A stretch of DNA of 64,000 nt from Eledone cirrhosa (Eukaryota): positions 124,001-188,000 of the forward strand of contig OZ024758.1 of assembly GCA_964016885.1 (NCBI GenBank). The letters are read 5' to 3'. This document shows positions 24,804 through 37,498 of this stretch, in pieces. The notes below the pieces were generated by a model. That model made no database searches, had not been told where the DNA came from, and saw nothing but the letters and a program-made list of their open reading frames with translations. Positions within the stretch are counted from its first letter, which is position 1. Each line of letters begins with the position of its first letter. Position numbers and translations under genes: made by a program.

Positions 24804-25544
24804 ACTTAGTTCCAGGTCATTAAAATAGAGCAAAGAGGGCGCGGCGATCGGCATATGCACTGGCTACAATGTTGAACTTTGGTACTGACTGCGTAGTTGA
24901 ACGTTCCACATACCAACCGCCCAACTGGCCAGTCAACCGCATATGCGGCTGGCTGGCCGGTTGGGTAGTTGGCATATGTACTGGCTACCATGCTGAACAT
25001 TGTACTGACTGTCAAGTTGAACGTTCTAACCCTCTCTTTACATCTATTACTCTATCTACCGCTTATTTCTCCCCCTCTCTTTACTTCTATAACTCTATCT
25101 CCCACTCTCTTTACATCTATTACAGTGTCTCCCTGTATATATACACGTATATATGCACTAGATTTTATAAGAAATCTACGTAATAATATAATTAACAATA
25201 GTTGATGAATTAGACCAGAGTTAATTAAACAATAAATATGAATGAAATAGCAGTAGATGGCGAAACTTGAGTGTTGTGTGTGCATACATATATATGAGGT
25301 AAACTGGTTCAAATACTGTCAGGATTATATTGGATCAAAGACTGTATTAAATAGAAAGTAAAAAATGAAGTGAAAATATAAAAACAAACTGAAAATTTCC
25401 CCATCCCTAGAAAAATTCATATCTTGTTATATATAGATAATTGGCGCTTTAAATTGAATAAATATTCATTTATATATATATATATATGTATATATATATG
25501 TACACTGATATATATGTGTGTATATATATATGTGTATATATATA

Positions 25545-25601
<57 letters not shown>

Positions 25602-25603
<2 letters not shown>

Positions 25604-26163
25604 ACTTCATCATACGTCCGCTTTTCCATGCTTGCAAGGGTGGGGTGGGAGCTGATTCTGGATTGGTTTCTACAGCTGGGTGCCCTTCCCGACGCCAACC
25701 CCGTTTGCAGTGAGTGCTGGGTGCTTTTTTTTTTCCGTGGCACCTCCACTTCAGCTTTACAGTGTGGGCTGGGTGCTTTTTTGCCGCGGTGCCTCCACGA
25801 CCACTTTGCGGTGGGGTGGTGGGGTGGTATGTGTATACCCAGCCCATTGTCATTTGCCACACAGAAAAGCTTATAGCATCGTTCTTTACCCACGATGAAT
25901 CTAGCAGACCCACCCCTCCACCTGGTCTCTTGAATACAACAAACATCGACCTCCTTACGTTCAAGCATTTCTACAACCTCGTTAGAGCCACCCTATAAGG
26001 TGCCTACATTAATGGTACCAACTCTGAAGTTTTGGATTGCGTTTGGAGGTTGGGAGCGGTGGGGAGCGGTGGGGAGCGGGGATGGGGTTAGGGTTAGCCA
26101 TCCGCGGCCGAAACAAAGAGGAGGAGCCCTTGCATTCTCGTCCATGAGGTGGATTTGTCTTTA
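25602..26163 (-). mobile_element. RTE derivative copy 4
   Basis: As copy 3. Confidence 0.8.
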
Positions 26164-26628
26164 TGTATGTATATGTATATATGTATGTATGTGTGTGTAT
26201 GTATGTATATGTATATATGAGTGTATATGTGTATATGTATGTATATGTATGTGTATGTATGTGTATATATGTGTATATGTATGTGTTTGTATATATGTGT
26301 GTGTATGTATATATGTGTGTGTATGTATATATATATATATGTATGTATGTGTATATGTATGTATATGTATGTATGTGTATATGTATATATGTGTGTATGT
26401 ATGTATATATGTATGTATGTGTATATATGTATGTATGTATATGTATATATACGTGTGTATATGTATATATACTTATGTGTATATGCTTATGTATGTGTAT
26501 GTATGTATATTTATATTATGTATATATATATATCTATGTATGTATATGTATGTATATGTGTATGTATGTGTATGTATGTATGTGTATATATGTATGTATG
26601 TATATATATATGTATGTATATGTATGTG

Positions 26629-26661
<33 letters not shown>

Positions 26662-26662
<1 letters not shown>

Positions 26663-27015
26663 GAGGCACATGGCTTAGTGGTTCGAGCATTGGCCTGGCA
26701 ATCGAAAAGTTGTGAGTTCAATTCTCAGACCGGGTGATGTGTTGTTTCCTTGAGCAAGACACTTTATTTCACATTGCTCCAGTTTACTCAGCTGTAGAAA
26801 TGAGATGATAGGGACTGGGGTCCATATCATTCCACTGCAAAGTGGTCGTGGAGGTGCCACGGCAAAAAAGCACTCAGCACTCACTGTAAATGAGGTTGGT
26901 GTTAGGAAGGGCATCCAGCTGTAGAAATCAAGCCAGAATCAGTTCCCGTCCCACCCTTACAAGCAGGGAAAAAGCGGACTTAAAACGAAATGATGATGAT
27001 GATGATGATGATGAT
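26662..27015 (+). mobile_element. SINE copy
   Basis: As 2975-3343. Confidence 0.85.
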
Positions 27016-27660
27016 GTATGTATGTATGTGTATATGTATGTATGTATGTATGTATATGTATGTATGTGTATGAGATGCAGTTTGGTTTTGTGCCGCTGAA
27101 AAGTGCAACAGATGCCCTCTTCTTAGTGAGACAACTACAAAAGAGGTTCTTAGAGAAAAATAAGCCACTATACTTAGCTTTGGACATAGAGAAGGCTTTT
27201 GATAGAGAACTCTTATAAATGACAACATATATATATGTGTGTGTATATATATGTTTTTTTTAAAACTATATATTTATTACTCCCTTAAGCAGAAGAAATA
27301 TATTCCCAGATATCGAAGATTACCACAATAACTAGGGAGCGGAAATCAATAGATGCTGGACATTGCTGCTGAGGGTAGGATGACCTGATGAGCTGGCTCC
27401 TGTGGTGGATACCTAAACATAGTAAGAGCCAAGTGGGATGACTGAGGTTCACCTACATACATCAGATGTCTCTGGATCTCCAGCTGGAGATTAATGATCT
27501 CAGGAATGCCATGAAAAATCGTGACATCTAAAAAAGAAGAGTAGAATTGTTCTGGCCAATCCACCTGACCTAATAAACAATAATAATATTAATATATATT
27601 GATGAAAATTAATTATGGTGAAATATCTTAGAAATCATTCTCAGAGGTTTTGTATTGTAA

Positions 27661-29665
27661 TCCACACTTGCTCCTTGTGGCTTCTGATGCAGACATCATG
27701 TCCGCCATCAGGTCCTTCCCAGCTAGCAGCTGCGGAGATGTTGATGGTCTCTGACCAGGCCTCCTCAAGGAGTTGATATCTCCCCTCTCCGCTGAGGCCG
27801 GGCGCCGCCTTCTGAGTGCAATTGTGGCGCTCACCAATAGGCTCATCCATGGCGCCCTGGACTCTTATGCTCGAGGCCTCTTTTTTTCGGCCAGCCTCAC
27901 CGCTCTCAGGAAGAAAGAGGATGGCATACGCCCCATTGCTGTGGGCAATGTCTTCCGGAGGCTGGCTGCCAAGGTAATCTGCAAGTCCGTAACACTCGGA
28001 ACCGGCATCCAGGGCCTCCAGCCACCTCATTGTCAAGTTTGACATGAGGAATGCCTTCAACTCTTTACGCTGGGATCATCTGCTCGAGGCCTGCCTCAGC
28101 CGAGCCCCCTCTGCCTACCTGTCATATGGAGCCCCAAGCATGCGCCATGCTGCTGATACGGTCATACCCTTGGCTACTGGGATCCAACAGGGCAACCCTT
28201 TGGGACCCCTCCTGTTCACCCTTGGTATTGACCACATCGCCCGGAGTATAACGGCCCCTCTCAACGTTTGGTATCTGGATGATGCTACTTTGGGTGGGCC
28301 CGTACAGGCGGTCTGCCATGACCTTCAATCGGTGGTTCCTGCCCTGGCGGGAATCGACCTCCAGGTCAACTCAGCCAAGTCGGAGGTGGTGAATGTCAGC
28401 CTCGATGCTGCAAGCTTTGCAGTCTCCGTCTTGGACGTGCGGTCCATTCTCCGCCAGGTTCAGGTGACCCCCAAAGAGGATGCCCTCACCGATCCACCCG
28501 CCGGCCATCCGCTCCACCATCAAGTTCAGACTCTCACGAGCCGACTGGGCTTGATTGATGGCCACCCAGTTCTCTTTCTGCTGAGGAACTGCTACGCCAT
28601 GCCGAAGCTCCTCTATACACTCTGTGCTACACCCAGACTTGTATCCGAGCAGCAGCCGATGAGATATGCAACTTTACCTATCAGGTATGGCGACATTCGC
28701 CTCCAGTCCCCGATCTCACTAGCTTTGCCGGCGTATCTTTCGTCGGTAACCTCGTACCACGTCCATCTCAGCAGGGTTCTTCAAAACACAACAGAACCCT
28801 CTGTGTTCAGAGAACGCGTGGCCGCCTGTGAGACGTGGCACCGGCTGGGACTTAGCCCAGTAGACGTTCCTCCTCCTTCTCCCCCTGTTGACGTCAAGTC
28901 CCCCCCCAACACACTTGGGATGCCATCCAGTGCAGCCTGGCCTCAGACAGGCTCACGTGCCAGCTCGACCAGCACCGCCTTGTTTGTTTTCGTGCGGCCT
29001 CCAAACCCCACAGTGGGGCCTGGCTCCATGCCCTGCCCTCCTTCTACACTCGCACGCAGCTAGACAACCATAGCTTGCGCATCGGCGTTTCCCTGAGGCT
29101 CGGCCTCACACCAATGTCGCTGCCGTTCCACCATGGACTCTTTCGGCCTCCACCCGCTTTCCTGTCGCCACAGTACCAGCCGCAATCCACGCCATGCTGC
29201 CCTCAACGAAATCATTAAGCATGGCTTGGACGCTGCAGGCTTCCCTTCCCAGCTCCAGGGGACGGGAAAAGGCCAGATGGCATGACCATCTTCCCGTTCC
29301 GCGGTGGCAAACCCCTCGTCTGGGATGCCACTTGCACCGACACTTTCTGCAGCCGCAACCTGGTGCAGTCTGCGACTGGCCCAGGTTCTGCTGCACGTCA
29401 GGCTGAGAGGGCCAAACTGCTCACATATCGTTCACTCTCCGACAGGTTTGCGGTCGTACCCCTGGAAGTGGAGACTTCTGGTGTCCTCGACCCCAGGGCT
29501 ACCTCCTTACTCACCACCATAGGCGCTGAGCTGGCCAGTCGCAGGTGTGAGCCCCGCGAGTTGGAGTGGCTTTTCCAGCGCGTCTCCCTTGCCGTGCTCC
29601 GGGGAAACGCCTTCTCCATTCTGTCCGCCGGGGCTGTGGGTGGGCCCCATCGCGTACCGTTATAG
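27661..29665 (+). mobile_element. CRE-like element copy 5 (A 5' part, B 3' part; retains Zn knuckle and RPDG)
   Basis: 339-aa open stretch 28044-29063; HQCRC..GLHPLSC..RH and KRPDG intact. Confidence 0.88.
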
Positions 29666-30685
29666 TTGTTGAAGAAGAAACAGGGAGACAACAACTGGAA
29701 TGTATAAGAAAAAACTAAATCTCTTAAATAACTTCACTTATATCCAAAATATGATTTGTATATACATCAACAGTTACTCATTATTATACGCCAGTCACGA
29801 CCCCACTGCAAAAACGATATCTATATAACAACCCCACCGTAAAACTACTCTTCCCCACTTTACAAACACTTTATATTATTTGACATTAAGGTTTCTTAAA
29901 ATAAATATATATACGTATGTGTAGTAATTAGTACGGAGACTGAGAGAGAAGGGGCGAGTGTGTCTTCATGGAGGGCACATGGGACCAGCAAAGCCCTAAA
30001 AGTAGAGACCAGTAAATGAGATAAGGTCCTAGCTATGTTAAGAATATAAATAAGAAACATGTTCTATACATTTAAGAAGACAAGAGAAACATGTTCTAAA
30101 CATTTAAGAAATAATTATTTACCTCTTTCATGTCGGTAATATAGCGGTGTTATAAAACTAATTATAACGACCGGTGTTAAAATAGAGAGAGATAGACAGA
30201 TAAATGTGTGTCACACTCTCACCCTCTCTTTAAATCTTTTACACTATCTAACTCGTACATCTTTTACTCTATCTCCCTCTTATTTCTATCTGTGTACATA
30301 TATATGTGTATGTATGTATCTGTCTATGTGTAACTCAGTGTACTGGAGCAATATGAGGTGAAGTGTCTTGCTCAAGAAGACATTTTGTGGAGTTATATCA
30401 TCGTTTCTTGTTATAAAGCTACTTATACTACCGGCGTAACAGTGGCTATAGGTGATAGATGTAGAAATAAAAGGCTGTAACAGCGATATAAATATAGATG
30501 AAATAGTTTACCACGAGACTAAGAATGAATGTTTAATGGAATTAAGTGTAATCTAATAGGAAATAAGAGGCTAGAGCAGCGAAATGTTTACGTAAAATAA
30601 AAGAACAACAAACAAGAGTGCAACATTGAAATTTTTGTTTTATTTTCTCGATATAAGCGTTATTTTATGCGCGATTTGCCTTGCT

Positions 30686-30798
30686 GCCGGCGTTGATCAG
30701 TCAGTAGCAGCTCCGCTTACGAAGTTCAGGAGCCAACGACTTTACATGGTTCGAATCTCACCCTCTCCGCTCTTGTCGAGTTATCTCCTACTCTTTTT
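30686..30798 (+). ncRNA. Candidate Pol III-like unit copy 5 (B variant)
   Basis: 5' GCCGGCGTTGATCAGTCAGTAG; B box and T5 unchanged. Confidence 0.4.
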
Positions 30799-31443
30799 AC
30801 TTAGTTCCAGGTCATTTAAATAGAGCAAAGAGGTCGCGGCGATCGGCATATGCACTGGCTACAATGTTGAACTTTGGTACTGACTGCATAGTTGAACGTT
30901 CCACATACCAACCGCCCAACTGGCCAGTCAACCGCAAATACGGCTGGCTGGCCGGTTGGGTAGTTGGCATATGTACTGACTGTCAAGTTGAACGTTCTAA
31001 CCCTCTCTTTACATCTATTGCTCTATCTACCGCTTATTTCTCTCCCTCTCTTTACTTCTATAACTCTATCTCCCACTCTCTTTACATCTATTACACAGTG
31101 TCTCCCTGTATATATACACGTATATATGCACTACATTTTATAAGAAATCTACGTAATAATATAATTAACAATAGTTGATGAATTAGACCAGAGTTAATTA
31201 AACAATAAATATGAATGAAATAGCAGTAGATGGCGAAACTTGAGTGTTGTGTGTGCATACATATATATGAGGTAAACTGGTTCAAATACTGTCAGGATTA
31301 TATTGGATCAAAGACTGTATTAAATAGAAAGTAAAAAATGAAGTGAAAATATAAAAACAAACTGAAAATTTCCCCATCCCTAGAAAAATTCATATCTTGT
31401 TATATATAGATAATTGGCGCTTTAAATTGAATAAATATTCATT

Positions 31444-31478
<35 letters not shown>

Positions 31479-31580
31479 GTACACTGATATATATGTGTGT
31501 GTATATATATATATATATGTATGTGTATATGTGTACATATGTATGTGTATATATATACTAATATATATATATATATATAT

Positions 31581-31920
31581 CAACTTCATCATACGTCCGC
31601 TTTTCCATGCTTGCAAGGGTGGGGTGGGAGCTGATTCTGGATTGGTTTCTACAGCTGGGTGCCCTTCCTGACGCCAACCCAGTTTGCAGTGAGTGCTGGG
31701 TGCTTTTTTTTTTTCCGTGGCACCTCCACGTCAGCTTTACAGAGCGGGCTGGGTGCTTTTTTGCCGTGGCGCCTCCACGACCACTTTACGGTGGGGTGGT
31801 GGGGTGGTATGTGTATACCCAGCCCATTGTCATTTCCCACCCAGAAAAGTTCATAGCACCGTTCTTTACCCACGATGAATCTAGCAGACCCACCCCTCCA
31901 CCTGGTCTCTTGAATACAAC
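31581..31920 (-). mobile_element. RTE derivative copy 5, clipped within the APE motif
   Basis: Breaks after CTTGAATACAAC. Confidence 0.8.
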
Positions 31921-33043
31921 AGTGGTTTCACTAAAATAAAAATTAAATTAAATTAAATTAAATTAATTATATTAGATAAATAGACATTCGGGTTCTCACC
32001 AAAGATTTTCAGTTATTTCTAAGAGATGTAAAAGGAAAATTAAAAAAAGATTAATAGGACACATTAGACATGTCTCCAAGCAAGAATTGAACTTACAGAC
32101 AAGGATCTCACCATCTCTGGTACTTCCCACTAAGCCACCAAGACTGCTACAAAGGTCTATTGAAAATTAATATTTATAAACCTACTTTCAAAATATAACT
32201 AATTTAATTAAAAATAAAATAAAATAAATAGACATTGGCGTTCTCACAAAACTTTTTCAGTTCTTTTTTCTAAGAAATGTCAAAGGAATATATATATATA
32301 TATATTTTATTTTTAATTTTATTTTGAAAGTAGGTTTATAAATATTAAATTTCAGTACATCTTTGTATCAGTCTCGGTAGCTTAGTGGGAAGTACCAGAG
32401 ATGGTGAGATCCTGTTCTGGGTGTTCAATCCTGGTCTGAGGGTTGAATTGGGGACTCAGGTTCAATCCTGGTCCATGAGATACATGTAAGGTGTCATGTT
32501 AATCTTTTATAATTTTCTTTCTATATCTCTTTGAAAAAGAGAACCCCTATTTATTTAATTATATTGAATTTAATTTTTTATTTTAGTTAAATTGTCGAAA
32601 ACACTGAAGATCTAAAGGTTGAGGAGACAATATGTCTATTTTATCTGTCTCCTCTAACTTTAGATCACCAGTGGTTTTGACAATTTAACTAAAGTAAAAT
32701 AAAATAAAATAAATTAAATTATATTAGATAAATAGACATTGGGGTTCTCACCAAAGATTTTCAGTTTTTTCTGAGGAAAATTTAAAAAAAGATTAACAGG
32801 ACACATTACAGCAATGATTGAACTCCCAGACCAGGATTGAACCTACAGACAAGGACCTCACCATCTCTGGTACTTCCCACTAAGCCGCCAAGACTGCTAC
32901 AACGGTCTGCTTATAATTAATATTTATAAACCTAATTTCAAAATAAAATTAATGTTATTAATTTTATTTAAAAATAAAATAAAATAAATAAACATTGGGG
33001 TTCTCACAAAACTTTTTCATTTTTTTTCTAAGAAATGTCAAAG

Positions 33044-33050
<7 letters not shown>
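31921..33050. repeat. Foldback repeat: three ~350-bp AT-rich arms (-,+,-) with tRNA-like boxes around a central hairpin
   Basis: CCATCTCTGGTACTTCCCACTAAGC at ~32111 and ~32861; its reverse complement at ~32380; hairpin arms 32582-32629 and 32646-32693. Confidence 0.8.
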
Positions 33051-33080
<30 letters not shown>

Positions 33081-33083
<3 letters not shown>

Positions 33084-35003
33084 TCATCATCATCATCATC
33101 GTTTAACGTCCATATTCCACGCTTGCATGGGTTTGGACGGGAATTTTCCCACTTGAGGCAAGAGTGGTTGTCTTGCTCGCATAGGACTGTCTGGCGGGTT
33201 TTCTACAGCTGGATGCCCTTCCTAACACCAACCGCATTTACAGTGTGGGACTGGGAGGTTTTTACCGTGTTACCTACACGGCCACATTACTGCGTGGACT
33301 GTGTTTTTTTTTTTTGTCGTGACACCTACACGACCTCATTTGTTTCGGCCTGGATGTTGTGGCACCAACATAACTTTACATTGAAAGGGGCGGTGTGGAT
33401 GGGGTGGGGGTGTATTTTGTTAGAGGTGCCTACTGACTGTAGTAGGTTTTACTTTGTATCTAGGTAAGGCGGGTCTTCTCTATTACTGAGTACCGCCAAA
33501 GATCTCGGTCCAGTGACATTGTCTTGGAGAGGTGTAAGTGTGTGAGGTCGGAATTTATCAAGTCGTCCCAGGTTTTTCTGGGTCTGCCTACTCCGTGGCT
33601 ACCGTCTATCTTTATTGCCCTGCATTTTTTTTATACAGCTGTCGTCTTTCATCCGCATCACGTGGACCATACCAACGTAGTCTTCTCTCGAGTACACAAC
33701 ATCTGATCCCTCTTATTTCTAATTTTTCCCTTAGTTCGTTTATGCTTTGCCGTTCACATATATTACTATTACACATCCAGCGAAGCATGCAAGCTTCGTT
33801 CCTCTCTAGTCTGCGTATATCCTCTGCACACAATGCCCAGGTCTCACTGCCATGCAACATTGCTGTTCATATGCAGGCATCATACAACCTGCCTTTCATT
33901 TTTAGGGAGAACCCTTTAGCGGCTAATAGTGGTATAAGCTCTCTGAACTTTTTCCATCCAGTTCTGACTCTAGCTACTGTACTTTCAGAGCACCCTCCCC
34001 CACTGCTGATTTTGTCACCCAGGTAACGGAAGCTGTCCACTATTTCTATAGAACCCTCTGCGCAATTGAAAGAGCTAGTATTTTGTGGGCACTTGCTGCT
34101 ACTTATTGCACCAGAGCACCGGCCACATGTAAAATCTATGTTCTTAGTTAGCTTACCTGTGATCCCACTACATCTTTTATGAACCCATACTTTGCATTTG
34201 GGACATAAAATGGAGTTTCTACCTACGCCTTTCCTACACACTGAGCATGGCCATTTCCCGGAAGGGACCGGCGCCTTATTTTCTTTCCTACAAACTAGAA
34301 CTTTAGTCTTAGCCAGGTTAATTTTAAGGCCTTCTGATTCTAGGCCTTGCTTCCATGTTTGGAATTTCTTCTCTAGCTCGGCCATTGATTCAGCTATGAG
34401 CGTTAGATCATCTGCGTATAGGAGTTCCCATGGGCAGCCGGTCTTGAACTCCACTGTTATAGCCTGAAGGGCAATAATAAATAGTAGGGGGCTAAGGACG
34501 GAGCCCTGATGAACACCAACTTTTACGCTAAACTCTTCACTATATTCGTTGTTAATTCTAACCTTGCTGACTGTTTCTTTATACATGGCTCGTATAGCTC
34601 TCACAAGCCATTCCTCAACACCTAGTTTTCTAAGAGCCCACCAGATAATGGAACGGGGGACTCTGTCGAAGGCTTTCTCCAAGTCAACAAAAGCTAAGTA
34701 TAGGGGTTTACTTTTAACTAGGTACGTCTCCTGTAGTTGTCGTACAATGAAAAGAGCGTCTGTGGTACTTTTACCTGACACAAACCCGAACTGCATTTCA
34801 TCTAGATCAATTCTCTCTCTGATTAGTTGCGCTATTACTTTTTCCGTGACCTTCATGACCTGGTCGATTAATTTAATGCCTCTATAGTTACTCCTATCTA
34901 GGGCATCTCCTTTACCCTTGTAACAGTTAATGATGATGCTGCTACGCCAGTCCTTCAGAACAACCCCATTCTGTATGACTTGGTTTACTATCCGGGTGAC
35001 CAT
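33081..35003 (-). mobile_element. 5'-truncated RTE-clade LINE: RT, PHD-like finger, C-terminus, 3'UTR, (GAT)n tail
   Basis: YKGKGDALDRSNYRGIKL, QFGF..GKSTTDA, FVDLEKAFDRVPR, GVHQGSVLSPLLF, YADD, FRYLG, MLHGSETW, RRLRWYG; stop at 33867; (TCA)n on the + strand at 33081. Confidence 0.93.
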
Positions 35004-35769
35004 TACGTGTATACATCTGAAAATGTATATATGTATGCAAAGATATAAGTAAACATACATGTATACATATAGATGGACAGTTATGCATATACAATAACTT
35101 ATTTCTATACATACATATACCACAAGTAAGGCATGGTGCTGCCAACTAACCAGACCTCCCTCATAATGGACCAGCTAGATCCCAAAATACAGGCCTGCTT
35201 GCCAACACACAGTCCCAATAAGTGTAAGTTACAGCGCAGCTATCTGGACAGACTTGTCTTAAGACTACACACTATCCCACTACATCTTTTGTATACTATA
35301 TATATACTGTTTATATATATATATACTATATATATATATACTGTTTATATATATATATACTATATATATATATACTGTTTATATATATATACACACATAT
35401 AATTGTGTATTCACACATTATCTTAGTAATGAAATAATTAATAATTTTAGTAAATTGTTCAAAATTCTTCATTAACCCTTTTGGTAGAAACCCAGCCAAA
35501 ATTAGTTCTCGTACTATGGAAATGGTTCCTATCTAAATTAAAGTCTTCCAACAAAATTCTATATAACAACCATATGGTAAGTTACTATGTTAGTAATTAA
35601 CTAACAATTGTGATAAATAGCTCAAAATTATTCATAATTAATTGAATTATAAGGTTCATAATTATAATAAAATCTTCAAATAGGCTACGAAACCGGTAAA
35701 CCTGAAAGGTACACAACACACACACATTGCTATAGCGTTTCACCAGCCCCTTCCTTCCTGAATTATTAC

Positions 35770-36570
35770 AGAGATGTGTGTGTATGTAATAATTATTTGT
35801 ATAATGTGTGTCTATTTATGAATATGTATGAGTAGATGTGTGTGTGTGTATCACAGTAGATGTGTATGTAACACAGTAGATGTGTATATGTAACAGAGTA
35901 GATGTGTGTTTGCATGTAACTCAGTATATGTGTATGTAACACAGTAGATGTGTGTGTGTAACACGGTAGATGTGTGTGTGTAACACGGTAGATGTGTGTG
36001 TGTAACACGGTAGATGTGTGTGTGTAACACGGTAGATGTGTGTATGTAACAGTAGATGTGTATGTATGTAACACAGTAGATGTGTATGTATGTAACACAG
36101 TAGATGTGTGTATGTAACACAGTACATGTGTGTGTATGTAACTCAGTAGATGTGTGTGTATGTAACTCAGTAGATGTGTGTATGTAACACAGTAGATTGT
36201 GTGTATGTAACATAGAAGATGTGTGTAACACAGTAGATGTGTGTGTATGTAACACAGTAGATCTGTGTGTATGTAACTCAGTAGATGTGTGTGTATGTAA
36301 CACAGGTGTGTGTATGTAACACAGTAGATGTGTGTATGTAACATAGTAGATGTGTGTATGTAACACAGAAGATGTGTGTGTATGTAACACAGTAGATGTG
36401 TGTGTATGTAACTCAGTAGATGTGTGTGTATGTAACACAGTAGATGTGTGTGTAACACAGTAGATGTGTATGTAACGCAGTAGATGTGTGTGTATATAAC
36501 CCAGTTGATGTGTGTGTATGTAACACAGTAGATGTGTGTATGTAACATAGTATATGTGTATGTAACTAAA
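35770..36570. repeat. Minisatellite, ~20-24 bp unit GTAACACAGTAGATGTGTGT(GT)AT
   Basis: Read directly. Confidence 0.93.
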
Positions 36571-37498
36571 GTGTAACGTACGTTACAAATGGACGACAAA
36601 ATGATTTTAACTTGTTTTTTAACAATTGATGGTGGAAAAGATTTTAAATTGTCTTAACTCAGACCATAAAGGGCCGCAACACATGGAGTCTGACACTCTT
36701 ACCGGCTACATAGCCTGGGCGTCTATTTTACCGCGACCGGCTACATAGCATCTTCCTAAAATCTTCCAACATAATTTTATACAAGAACCACATGTTAAGT
36801 TACTAATAAAATAATTAATAAATAAAAACATTAGTAAGTCCTTCAAATGATATCTCAGTAATGAAATAATTAATAATTGTTATAAATACCTCAAAATTCC
36901 TCATTAATTAAACCTCATTAATTAATTAAGCCGCTGAAAAGTGCAACAGATGCCCTCTTCTTAGTGAGACAACTACAAAAGAGGTTCTTAGAGAAAAATA
37001 AGCCACTATACTTAGCTTTGGACATAGAGAAGGCTTTTGATAGAGAACTCTTATAAATGACAACATATATATATGTGTGTGTATATATATGTTTTTTTTA
37101 AAACTATATATTTATTACTCCCTTAAGCAGAAGAAATATATTCCCAGATATCGAAGATTACCACAATAACTAGGGAGCGGAAATCAATAGATGCTGGACA
37201 TTGCTGCTGAGGGTAGGATGACCTGATGAGCTGGCTCCTGTGGTGGATACCTAAACATAGTAAGAGCCTAGTGGGATGACTGAGGTTCACCTACATACAT
37301 CAGATGTCTCTGGATCTCCAGCTGGAGATTAATGATCTCAGGAATGCCATGAAAAATCGTGACATCTAAAAAAGAAGAGTAGAATTGTTCTGGCCAATCC
37401 ACCTGACCTAATAAACAATAATAATATTAATATATATTGATGAAAATTAATTATGGTGAAATATCTTAGAAATCATTCTCAGAGGTTTTGTATTGTAA

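Noticed and set aside
28044-29063. Active CRE reverse transcriptase (339-aa ORF)
   Set aside because: 5' truncated, missing internal RT segments and out of frame with the endonuclease.
33867-35123. 418-aa host gene
   Set aside because: RTE RT lacking the endonuclease; the first ~40 aa come from low-complexity flank; premature stop.
35793-36599. 268-aa ORF, and a CRISPR-like look of the short repeats
   Set aside because: Minisatellite without unique spacers; no cas genes; eukaryotic context.
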